Origin: Mayamaea pseudoterrestris | Lineage: Eukaryota | Direction: 5' to 3' | Length of the DNA: 64,000 nt | Assembly: GCA_027923505.1 (NCBI GenBank) | Contig: BROI01000003.1 | Span: 1,116,001 to 1,180,000 of the forward strand | Shown here: positions 45,895 through 58,229 of the stretch, piece after piece | How the letters are laid out: each line of letters opens with the position of its first letter | How positions within the stretch are numbered: position 1 is the stretch's first letter | Translations under genes and position numbers: made by a program | Notes under the pieces: generated by a model | Database searches by the model: none | The model's input: the letters and a program-made list of their open reading frames with translations, nothing else | What the model was told of the DNA's origin: nothing

Positions 45895-47540
45895 ATGGTG
45901 TTTTCCTCCACCTCCAAAACCGACATCTCTCAAGACGCGCAGCAACTCGCTCCTTCACTTGGCAACGACATCGTCACAGCAGTCTGTTCAGCTTCCGGTT
46001 ACTTCACCCAATAGCAGCAACAGCAATAGCAGCAATGGCAATAGCAGCAGTCATACTCGATTACTAAATGGCAGCAGCATCACTGCTTCCAATCGCAGTC
46101 GCTTTCAATCTACGGCATTCTCTGCATGTCAGTCTTGTCGCTGGTGTGGCTGCATCAAGACTCGCTCATGATTTTGGTTTCCGGAAGCTCCATGGCCAGT
46201 TTGACCGTTTCGCGGCAGCAGCAGTCGACGCAGTCATATTTGTCCATGCGGCAGCAGCAGCAGCAGCAGCAGCAAGACTTGCTTCCTGACTTGCAGTTTA
46301 CACTGAAAGCGGCTCAACTACCTCATTCTGTCGCTGCCAAGATCAAGACTGTTTTCATCAACCAACCCCCGCGCATTTCCATAGATTCGCACATACTTCC
46401 ACCGCACCGTCCTTTTTGCAGGCGCAGTCAAGTCATTGACGGCAGAGTGGTCGCCCGTCTTGCTGAACAAGCCGCCCTACGTGACAACAACGACGCACTT
46501 GCGCTGCTACCCCAGTCAGTACTACGGACAAGTGCCGTTTCCGTCGTACGAGTGGACCGTCTCCAGTCAGGCGGAGCATGGCAGCGCCGAAAGTGTCCGC
46601 GCCGACCACGTGTACGACAACACCGACGACGTCGACGACTGCCTCTGGAGTCCGTGGTCCAAGACGGACTTTTGTCAAGCCACGGCGAATCAACACTTGC
46701 TGATCGTCGGCGACTCGCTGTCGTGGGAGCACTACGCGTCGCTGGTGCAGCTCCGGGCGAATCGGTCCATCAAGGCTTTCAGCACCAGTCCAAAGCCTAC
46801 GGCGTGCCCCGTCGGACAAGCCGTATGCAACGGCAACACGAAAGTTTGGTATCTGCGCGACGACAAACTGGACATGTTGCCGCGTTTGTTGGACGAATTT
46901 GTGCCGCACCAAATCATTGCCAATCGCGGCGCGCACTATGTCAACGACACGATGCTCATGGGAGCCTTGCGTGAAGACGTCTTTCCCGCCATTAAAAGTG
47001 GCAGAACACCTGTCGCGCGGAATATGGCGGAGGCAGCTCCGTTTGTTCATTCGCCTGGCGCACGTCCGTGCCGGGCCACCCCGACTGCAGCGACGGCAAA
47101 GCAGTCGCTCTACACAAACCGAACAATCACTTGGCAGAGGTGGAAAGCATGATTCGAAAGCTCAAGAATTACGATAATCATACCATCAACTATCACTGGT
47201 ACAACTACCAGCATCAAAATGAACTCGTGTTGGAATTGTTACAGAAAATGTTTGGCGACGGCGACGGAAGCAACGGCGCGACCGTGTGCACGACGATTTG
47301 GACAATTACATGGTCCTCGACGCCTACTACTTGAACGTGCGACGACCCGACGAGCATCGGGCGCACCAAGGCGACTGCCTGCACAATTGCTATCCCGGCA
47401 AAATGGACGTTTACTCAAGGCTGCACCTGCACTACTTGCTGGCCAAGCAGAGCAAACGAACGCAACGTGGCGTGAACAGCAGCAAGAATCACGAGTCATT
47501 GTCGGCAAGTGTGCTGCTTGGTGGGGACCAACTAGCGTGA
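45895..47540 (+). pseudogene. TBL/PC-esterase paralogue 3, broken by several 1-bp frameshifts (pseudogene or sequencing errors)
   Basis: GDSLSWEHY, NRGAHYVND, WRTSVPGHPDC, RRPDEH and DCLHNCYPGKMDVY lie in different frames, with shifts near 46443, 46997 and 47285; 5' start uncertain. Confidence 0.8.
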
Positions 47541-49007
47541 GCACCGGATATGACAAGCAGGGCTGGATGAACATTATCTATGGCGACAAAAAGAAGAAAA
47601 ATGGAACGACCTTGCACAGGAGACGGCCATGGCACTGGAGGCTCTTTGGATCGCGGCAAGTCGTCTTGAGTTAAAGCGGCGGGCCATTAGTGCGCATCGG
47701 CGACAAGTCGGTCAGCAAGTTTTTAGGTACTGGTCCGATTAACAATATTCTGATAGCATTGGTGGGCAAGTGTATTTTTTAACTACTGATTCCATTCTTC
47801 CATACGACCATAGCAACCATAGCAGCGCTAGCAACAGCACAGGTATTGCGCCTCCCATCCCCCGTATGTAGAATGGACCTTTTCATCCACTCGGGCTCGC
47901 AAAGCTTCAATGTATTCATGGCACAATGTTTCACCCTCTCCGCTTCGGCAGATGCTGCGGTGGAAAGTTATGACGCCATTGCGGGGCTCGATACGGCTAG
48001 AACGGCTCTCCCGATTGCTGGGATTCGGCTGCTTCGTAGTTGTTGGTTGAAGTGGAGCGTTTCTCCGTGAGCTCGTATTTGATGCTTCTAAAGGTTTTGC
48101 TATGACACGACCTGCTGGCGTGCAAGGCTATAATGAGATAGTCCGAAGGAAGCGCAAAGGAACTCTCCGTGTGTACTATTCGCTTCATAGCGCTGGAGTG
48201 CTGCCTCTTCGCGAAACTTTCTCGGCGGGAAATGTTGTGCCCCAAATGACTGGGCAAAATTCTCGCTCAACTATTCCTATGGTAATTCCTCATTATTTTC
48301 AAAAGCATCGTTACCAAACAACATATCAGCACCTTCGCCTCGTCCCTCTCACCACAATGCTGACGGCTCTGCCGCGGCGCTATCGATGGAGAGAGCAGGC
48401 TGCTGGTCAAATCTGATCTGCCGCAATACCTCACTCACTTTGGAACCAAGCCTCCAGGTGGCGTTGACTTCAATAGGCTCTCCATCTGCCCATGGACATA
48501 CATCGCGTGCGTCCCTTGTGATCCTGTCACAATGCTGAGCCAGACTAGAGTTGATGCAACAGGAAGCCAATACCTCTTTCTTGCTCGAGCATATCGAACA
48601 AACCCTCTCACCCCCTGCTTGTCGTCGCTTTATTTCTTCTATTGTTGCACCAGGTGACATCACATGCAGAAATATCGAACAGAGTCTGTGGTGCTGGGGA
48701 ACAGAGGCATCAAGTTTCACCACCCGCGAATGTACTTAAAATCAAGGTTTCAATAAAAAGCGCCAGCGGATGACAGCACTCTTCGTGCCCACGCCCATTC
48801 CTTGCACAAGGCAAGTAAATCGCATCTTCAAAGATATTCCACATCGTTTCGGCAAACGTGGAAGCTACTGGAAGGCTCGAGCATCGGCGATGCATGGTGG
48901 ATGACCTATGAGTCTGATTGCCACAATGGTCACACCAGCAGCTTGTACACAATGCCTTACCTATACCTGGCAACGGCGGAAAGAAAAACATCATCTGGTA
49001 TTTGCCA

Positions 49008-49952
49008 TCAGTCTTGCCTGATTGGACAATCAATTTTATGAAAGAAGTTAGGAATACAGCCAGAAGGAAAGCCACATCCAAGAAGGCAAACACAGCAGGT
49101 GATACCTCTCATTGTCCCCCAAGCGATCGAGTCCGGATATGCATCTAAGTAAAAGTGCTTGAACTTGCAAGCATAGTCAGCCGCAAGGTCATCCATTTCA
49201 GCCTTGCTTCATCAATGCTGGGTTACGGTTCATCCAAAAAGTCCAACATGCGCAAGTAGGCCAAGGTGAGAACCCTTGGAAGCAACCACCGCAATGTCTT
49301 TAAGCCAATGAAAAGCAGCATGGTGACCCCACTGTTTCATTGCAACAAGGCAATAACCCAGAGTTCCATTCATTATTGCATGCAGGGCACCTCCAGCTTC
49401 CCGATGTTTGTTAACTCTTGAGAGAAACGTAACCTTGCTCTTGTCTGTACTCTTTTTAAACAATTGAAAGACCAAGATATATTTTTATGTGTCGGGAGCG
49501 AAGGGCTTGTAGAAAGCTTTTGCATTCTCAAAGGCTACAATCATTGCAGCAGCGACTTCTGCTTTGGTGTTGACATTTAATGGAGATAATTTCAGGTCCA
49601 GCTCCTGGTCGAGCATGAGAATGGATTCAAGGTCAGCATGCCACAATCATAAGTGCACGACTTCATCGGGATGTATACTTACATAAACACATTTTTCCAT
49701 GAACAAAAGCCTGACGTTCGCTCCAACTATGACACACTTGGCAAACGATGTCAAAGCAGGATCTACCTTCTCAAATAGAATTTGCTCCTCACTTATCGGG
49801 GCAGCCACCCCTTTCTTGACTCTGCTTCTACCAGTAGTTACCATGGTATGAGTTGGATCATGCTTGCAAATCACTGTGCAAAATGGATTGTAAGCTGGTG
49901 ACTTTTGTAACTTTGAAGCAAGCAAGTGCGGCCTTCGGCTGAAGAATTTCAT
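49008..49952 (-). pseudogene. decayed ORF of unknown identity
   Basis: ORFs 49952-49647, 49475-49230 and 49196-49008 share one frame, split by isolated TGA/TAA stops in CpG-poor DNA. Confidence 0.4.
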
Positions 49953-50216
49953 ATCTCCGCACGATGGTTTGATGTTATTATAGCCCAGTCGTCACAAATC
50001 CTCAGGTTGACATAATGGAAAGCTGGCATTTCCCAACCACTGACATTGCAGCGCATGCGACGTGAACCCATAATCATGAATCTTTCAACATTCTTAGTGT
50101 GCCAGTGAAAAGGCAATCGTATGTTGATATAGCATGATATTTGCCTCTGTGATCCACTTTTGCAAGATGACATGAACATCGACTATTGCCTCCATGACCA
50201 AAATAGCTTGCTCTTG

Positions 50217-53200
50217 TTGCAGGATGCGAACGAAAACAGCGAAAATCGGGCAAGTCACACCGAATGTCCGATAGGGTGACACAGCGGCACTCGCGGCTCA
50301 CCACAGCCTCACGATCGCGTGATGCGTGGCAGCGACGGCTTCGAAGCGATTCAACAAGTATATTGCTGAAACTAGTGCGATATAGAGTAGAAACAAGCAG
50401 ACTTACTAAGCTTGAAGAGTTAAGAAAGCGATTTATTCGTCTCTCGTATTGTAGCAACTGCAAGCTTGGATTGGCCATCCAAGGACAGCTACAAGCGAAA
50501 GGTGCAACGATTTGATTTACAAGTTACAAGATTAACACTGTCTTGAGACTCATTGCCTCGGCATAGAGACTTTATCGACGAAGAGTACTATTGATTTACG
50601 AAGTAACGTGGACGCACGTTGGTTCTTGGCCCGGAAAGTTCCGCAGGTGATAGCAAGAACATTGTCACGACGACAACGATGGCGGAAACTCGCGCGCAGA
50701 AAGACGCGGCGTTTGCGCATGTTTACGAAGAGAACGTAGGCGTTTTCCAAGATCCTCAGTTCAAGGAGTTATTCGACGAACTCGGAGTAGAATCGCTTAC
50801 GCAACTGATCGAGATGGAGTACGACGATTTCGCGACGAAGTGGAACGTCACGACGACGACAACGACGACGACTGACGATGGCGACAATGTCACGCAGGAA
50901 ACGAGCGAACACTCGCTAACGAAGATGAAACAACGCACGATCACGAACGCGATCGAATGGTATTTGGCGCAAGAGTCGCCGGACATCAAGACATGGTCGC
51001 AACTGACCACCGAAACGCTGGCGACGTTCGTCACAGCACGAGCGAAGGAACGAGTCCAAGCGCGCAACATTGCGAGCGTGGGCAGCGGAAGCGGAGCGAA
51101 ACCTCCAGCGAAGGAAAGCGAAACGGAATCCAAGAAGGACGAATCCAAGGACTCCACGCTAACGAACGAAGGCAACGAGTCGAAGCCTGACTCGGCCGAC
51201 AAGGTGCCACCGACGAGTGTGGACGTGGACACGAAGCAGTCACCGACATCCGTACTGGACCTCGGCGACGACGAAGACGACGAGAAGTATTCAGACCAAT
51301 TTACGAAGTCTATCAAGTTCTCGGCGAGGGATTGTAAAGAAATGAAGCTGGATTCCTCGTGGAAACAGTGGATTTCCGAGTTGAAAGTCATCGCTACATT
51401 GCATGACTTCCACGAAGTCTTTGACGACGATTATGACCCGAAGGAAAAGGGACCGAAAGAACAGAAGGCGTATGCAAAGAAGAATGTGTTTGTATACAGG
51501 ATCTTTCTCACGCACTGTCGAACTCCGTCTGCATCACTCGCAGTACAGCAGTTCAAGAAGACGATGGACGGACGCGAAGTCTACCAACGATTGCGAACGC
51601 GATACGAAGAAGGCGCTACTGCTCACATCGAGAAGGAACCGCGCGAACGGAACTGCAGGGAATGCGGCTGACCGAGAAGTGGTCACGGCCGACGATCGAA
51701 TTTCTCGCACTGTTCTACAAGAAAGTCATCTGGCTGCTCGAAATGGACGCAGAAGCTCTGACAGGTTTACAACGATACGACATGCTACGCGACGCTTTCT
51801 CCGAGCACACAGGATTCAGCGCATCACTAGCAGGTTTTGACGGAATGATTGCCATCAAGAAACACATGGGGCAACACGACTCGGAAGACAATTTCGCGCA
51901 GTTGTACGCGCACTTAGAAGAGTGCTGCATCAAGTATGACAAGAAACACCCATCGACGACGAAGACTAAGCGCACAATCAATCAAGCGCAGTCTAGTGGA
52001 ACGAAAGGAGGCGGCGGCGGCAATGGCGGCGCGACTCCAAGCGGCTTATCGGCGGAACGATTTGCAGCGATCATGAAGAAACCTCACGCGAGCGTGAAGG
52101 ATGAAGTCTGGTTGGAGATGAAGTTTGATCAGCGAAAGCAGTTGAAGGACAAGCGTGCGACGGCGCCCAAGACACCCGAAAACGGATGGCGACCGCGCAA
52201 CCAACGAGGCACGGCTACGACGCAGACGCAAGTCAACGCGGCGCATCAAGAGCGTCACGCGACGGAATCTGTAGCGAACGATCACGCAAGCGTTCCTGGC
52301 ACGATTAATATTCAGCCCGGCAATAGTGGAATGTCAGTCCAAACGGCTGCACGATCGGTTCTGCAAGCGAACAATGCGAGTACTACAACTCAGCAAGTGA
52401 CAGGATCGTTGACGACTGATAACACCGGACGAGGTACATTCAGCTTCAACATGCATCGTCGTATGCGCGTCAATCGCGCACACTACGAGCGGATCAACGA
52501 AGGCGCGCTCATCGACAGCGGCGCGAACGGAGGCTTATGCGGAGGAGACATGCTCGTCGTTTCGGAAACGAACGCCGAGGTGGATGTGACTGGTATTGAC
52601 GATCATATTGTCCCAGCTCTCAAGATTGGCACTGCAGCTGGACTGGCAAAGACCCTTAGTGGCGAAACCATTCTGCTTCTGTGTCACCAGTATGCTTTAA
52701 AGCGAGACGGACCGACGATTCATTGCCCGAATCAATTGCGCGCAATGGGACATCGCGTCGACGATATTCCGACCATGTTTGGCGGAACGCAACGAATTAC
52801 GACGAACATTGGAGGCTACGTTTTGCCATTGGCAATTCGCGATGGCCTGGTGTACTTGGACGTGACGAAACCCACGTTCGATGATTTGGATAAGTATCCG
52901 ACTGTCATCATGACGTCGGACGTGCCGTCGGGACTCGACTGTTTACGATGTCGAGCACGCGCACGACGATTTCGACGAACGAGATCATGATTATGGATCT
53001 TTCGACGAACGATTCGATGATGACGGTATCACGCACCGCAATCGTCACACGCCGACACGCACTGGCGACGAACTTGACGTACTGATCAATCGGTGCGTGC
53101 GACACGCTCAGTTTTCACGCGTTAATTTGCGGAAGCCAAGAAGCAAGGAACCGGACTATAATGCTCTTCGGCCGTACCTCGGATCGGTCCCGACTGAGCG

Positions 53201-56200
53201 CGTTCAACAGACTTTACGTCACACGGAAGCATGGTATCATCTCAGCGCACACCCGCGATTACCATTTTCGACACCTCACGAAATCACGATTTCCGGCCGC
53301 GAACGTTCAGCGGTTGCGCGAACTATTCGCCACGGACACGATACACTCTGACACGCCAGCTTTGGATGATGGAATTCTAGGGCATGGGGAGCTACTAAGA
53401 TGCAGCTCTTTGTTGGACGAGAAAGTTTTTACACGCGCGGCTACCCGATGAAGTCGGAGAGCGAAATGTCAAACGTTAGAGGATTTTATCCGCGAAGTGG
53501 GCGCTCCTAACGGACTGCTCAGCGACAATGCCAAGTCGGAGACTGGCAAGGCTGTGAGGGATCTCTGTCGGATGTACAATATTCCTCAAGTGACCACAGA
53601 ACCGGGTCATCCAGAACAAAATCCATGCGAACGTCACACGTCGCACATTAAGCCAATGATGGAGAACCTCCAACGAGATTCGGGTTCGCCAGGCCATTGC
53701 TGGGTTTTGCTGATTAAATTCGTAATCATGATACTGAACGTCCTCGCGACGAAATCGCTGGGATGGCGCACGCCAACGGAAGTTGCGTTCGGAAATCTGC
53801 CGGATATTTCGCCTTTGTTACATTTCAAGTGGTGGGAACCGGTCACGTTTGAGGCGCAGGGGAGCTTTCCCTCGGCGGTACGATCTGGCAACGGCCGATT
53901 CGTGGGCATCGCAGAGAATAGCGGTCCGCACATGACTTTTCTCGTTCTGACGGACGACACGCTTCAGGCGATTCCGCGCTCCAACGTGGTCTCGCGCAGC
54001 TACTTGTTACCACGAGAGTTGCCTTCCTTTCCTGAGTCTGGAGGGGAGATTTCTGAAGAAGCTACACGCGCAAGCGAGCGAAATTTTGAAACTCCAGATC
54101 TCGCGACAGGACGCTACCATAGCACGCATGTGACAGAAAGTAGTCACGACAACTACGAAGGAAACGACGACGAAACATTCCGATGGCGAACCACGCCAAC
54201 GTACCAGCGAAGTTCTTCAGAAGGGCTGAGCAAGAATCAGGGAATAAATGCCCTCTGTTCTCTCCAAGCGAACTCATCGGACGCACGTTCGTAAGGGAAC
54301 ACGAAAACGGTCAGAAAATGCGAGCGACTGTATGCGAATATATCGAAGTACGCGATAACGAGCTACTCGAAACGACGAAAGGTTTCCCTAATCCAAATGG
54401 GAGAGGAGCCAGCGAAAGACTTAATAAGTTACAACGAACTGTCGGATTTAATCGAACGACAGATGGAGCGAAGATATACGAAACGATCCGGCGACTCAGT
54501 GGGTATTCACGAAGGTAATCGGACACGAGCTTAATTTGAAACCGAACGATCCGACATACAAAGGAAGTTCAAGTAACGTTCTCGTCGAATGGACTGACGG
54601 AACGACGACGTGGGAGCCTCTCGCGATCATGAAGAAGGACGATCCGATAACGATCGCAGAGTATGGACTCAAGCACGGCTTACTCGACAAGCCAGGATGG
54701 AAGCAGCTGGAGCATTACACTCGGAAGCGAAAGAAGTTTCGACAGATGGTAACAGCGGCGAAACGAAAATCGAAAGCAAACGGCGTACGCTACAAATTCG
54801 GCGTAAGGTTGCCGCGCAATTATAAAGATGCGAAAGCTCTCGACGAGATCAACGGCAACACGCTGTGGACGGATGCGATTCGAACGGAATTAAATCAGAT
54901 AAATGATTACGACACGTTCGCAGATCAAGGAGTCGGTAAGGTTATGCCGGCGCCGTGGAAACGAATAAACGTGCACATGATATTCGATGTCAAGCACGAT
55001 TTGCGACGGAAAGCACGACTCGTTGCAGGAGGACATATGACAGAGCCGCCGAAGGATTCAGTTTACTCGGGCGTTGTGTCATTGCGAAGTCTACGAATGG
55101 TAGCGATGTTAGCGGAACTCAACGGTCTGGAACTGTGGGCAGCTGACGTCGGCAACGCATACTTGGAAGCGAAAACGAAAGAGAAGGTTTATATCGTGGC
55201 AGGTCCGGAGTTCGGGGAGCTCGAGGGTCACACGCTCACGATCGTGAAGGCATTATACGGTCTTCGCACGTCAGGCGCACGCTGGCACGAGCACTTTGCA
55301 GACACGCTCCGCGACATTGGCTTCATGCCGTGTATCGCAGAACCGGACGTGTGGATGCGCGATAAAGGCACGCACTACGAATACGTTTGTGTGTATGTCG
55401 ACGATTTAGCGATAGCGATGAAGAATCCGAAGGAACTAACGGATCTTTTAATTGAGAACTACAACTACAAGTTGAAGGGCGTCGGTCCATTGGCATATCA
55501 TTTGGGCGCAGACGTTTGGCGAGACGACGACGGCGTACTCTGCTTCGGAGCGAAGAAGTACGTCACAAGACTACTAGCGAACTACAAAGAAATGTTCGGC
55601 GAGGAACCGCGACCGCAGACAAGTCCACTACGCGACGGCGATCATCCGGAACTCGACGAAACGAAAGAACTTGACGACGACGGAATTGCGAAGTATCAAT
55701 CGATAATTGGTGCGTTGCAATGGGCAGTAAGTTTATGTCGATTCGACATTCACTGTGCTGTCATGACTATGGGGGAGATTCCGAGCTGCGCCACGAGCGG
55801 GGCACTTGGAACGGTTGAAGCATATTTGCGGATACTTACGAAGATACCCGGATGGAGCGATTCGATTCAACGTTTCGATTCCAACGGACGAGCGATACGC
55901 GACAGTTGACAAGATGGATTGGGATTACAGTGTGTACGGCAAGATCTGCGAAGAGCTTCCGTGGAACATGCCCACGCCGCGCGGCAAGGCGGTGCGAATG
56001 TCAACGTTCGAAGATGCGAACCTGTACCACGATTACACGACGGGACGGGCAGCGATGGGCATGCTACACATGTTGAATGGAACAGTCGTTGATTGGTTTT
56101 CGAAACGCCAAGCGACGGTCGAGACGGCGACGTACGGCTCGGAGTTTGTAGCAGCGAGAGTGAGCACGGAGCAGATCATGGATCTTCGCTTCACGCTACG

Positions 56201-56801
56201 CATGTTGGGAGTTCCGCTCGACGGACCTTCATGGATGTTTGGAGACAACAAGTCGGTAACGCAAAGCAGCAACCTACCGCACTCTAGTCTGACGAAGCGA
56301 CACAATGCACTGGCATTTCACCGTGTACGCGAAGCGATTGCGGCGGGAATTATTAATTTCAACCACATCATGGGAACGACAAACCCGGCGGATGTACTTA
56401 CCAAGTTTCTTCCACGGGCTACGGCAAGCAAGCACTTAAAGAACCTGCTCTTCAAGGAATCTAACTATTAGGTATGACTTGAGGGGAGTTGCAGGATGCG
56501 AACGAAAACAGCGAAAATCGGGCAAGTCACACCGAATGTCCGATAGGGTGACACAGCGGCACTCGCGGCTCACCACAGCCTCACGATCGCGTGATGCGTG
56601 GCAGCGACGGCTTCGAAGCGATTCAACAAGTATATTGCTGAAACTAGTGCGATATAGAGTAGAAACAAGCAGACTTACTAAGCTTGAAGAGTTAAGAAAG
56701 CGATTTATTCGTCTCTCGTATTGTAGCAACTGCAAGCTTGGATTGGCCATCCAAGGACAGCTACAAGCGAAAGGTGCAACGATTTGATTTACAAGTTACA
56801 A
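50217..56801 (+). mobile_element. Copia-2: full-length Ty1/Copia LTR retrotransposon (CoDi-like, different lineage from Copia-1)
   Basis: 313-bp LTRs (50217-50529, 56489-56801) that look identical; flanking duplication CTTG(T); PPT GAGGGGAG at 56481-56488; order gag-PR-IN-RT-RH. Confidence 0.95.
50679..56471 (+). CDS. Copia-2 gag-pol, interrupted by many single-base frameshifts
   Basis: LIDSGANGG (protease), ATDT…SDNAKSE…QNPCER (integrase), VEWTDGTTTWEPL (chromo-like), RKARLVAGGH, ADVGNAYL, KALYGL, YVDDL (RT), EDANLY…ATYGSEF…GDN…NPADVLTK (RNase H). Confidence 0.9.
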
Positions 56802-56838
56802 CTTGTTTGTCACCCTATTCCCTGCGTTTCTCACACAG

Positions 56839-57844
56839 GTACATGGACTGACAGATGCATCATTCGGACGAACCTTGCGCCAAAGAGGAGAGGTGCAGGC
56901 GCGAATCATAGAACGGCAGTCAAGTGTCTACAAGCAGTCACGGAAAGGCAAGAGCAATTATCTATCACATACCTCTACATCTGCAGCATGGACGTGATTG
57001 AAGGTGTTCATGGGAGCCAACTGGCAGCTTGTCTACATAATGCTCATTCCCAATGGGCAGACAAAAGAGTATTTTTATGCCTTAAGCAATGACAGTGCAC
57101 TTGAGGGAGATGCAAGAACCCGCATGCTTAATCTCCATCCAGTGCGAGACTCGCCAATGATGTATTTACTTGTACAAGGAAGAAGACAAGGTCTGCTCCA
57201 TGGCACTCCATCATCCAAAGCTTGACATGCACCCTGACTCAAGTCCTGGAGATGTAACCTGTATCTTTGCACTTTGAGACATGAAAGTGGAGGCAAAATG
57301 AAGAGCCAAATTGTCAAGCTCAAGCTTCAGGATTTTGAGCTGCTTACACCACCAGGACCACCATTCTTGTCTCCGTCAATCAATGAAATGCTCCTCTCCA
57401 ACTCCGAGTCTAAAAACACAGGGAAAGTCCAAGCCAGATACCCATTGACACTTCCAGCATGCTTCCCTATTGCCCCAGTTGCCTATTCAATCATTGACAA
57501 GCATTCACCACGTGAGTTTGCTAATATGCTAAAGGAGTTGTTGGGGTGCGTCAAATCAGGAAAGGACAAAGAAGATGTTGCTCCATTGGCAAAAAATTTT
57601 GGGCCGTATACACAAGGATCAATTGGAAGAGCCAAGCGACATTATGGAGCAAATGATGTGCTCCCTTCCCAATTGTCCACTCATGCCCGAAGATGAGAAT
57701 TTACCGGACAATGTTGATGACCATTATACTGAAATTATTCACAAGCACCAGCTTATCTTTTTTGAACTGGGTGATGGGTTTAAATGCAAGACTATCGATA
57801 AGCTGCCAACTTGGTCAGGTGAAGAATACATAAGGTTGATATGA
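56839..57844 (+). pseudogene. decayed ORF of unknown identity right of Copia-2
   Basis: ORFs 56803-56997, 56998-57225 and 57274-57696 lie in one frame with scattered stops, after an acceptor-like CTCACACAG. Confidence 0.35.
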
Positions 57845-58229
57845 GTTACAACGTGACAAGCTTATGCTCAGTCCAATCTCGACAATCCATAGCATGACTA
57901 CAAAGAATATGTGCACAATTAGTTAGAGGAAGCGCATGCTAGCTGCATACTTTTTGCACAAATCATTCCAGTGCAGGGGGAGAAGATCAGGTTTTCAATC
58001 TTAGCCACTACTTCCAGCAACAGGGATTTAAGGACGGCACAGTTAAGTGGAGAATAAGGCATTTTACTTATTTTTCCTCATTGCCATCCAAGGCGTGCAC
58101 CTCCTTACCACGTATTTTTCATCTTGGAGGACAAAGGATGCCCAAAGAGATGGGTGGGAAACAAGCAAAGCAAGTGTGGTGGGCAGGGTAGATGAGCTGC
58201 TATGGGAAAAGGTGCAGAGACTATGTTGT

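Noticed and set aside
48710..49093. FFFPPLPGIGK resembling a P-loop (tRNA-ligase kinase-like)
   Set aside because: Single short motif lacking the S/T after GK, overlapping a possible splice donor, with no supporting downstream motifs.
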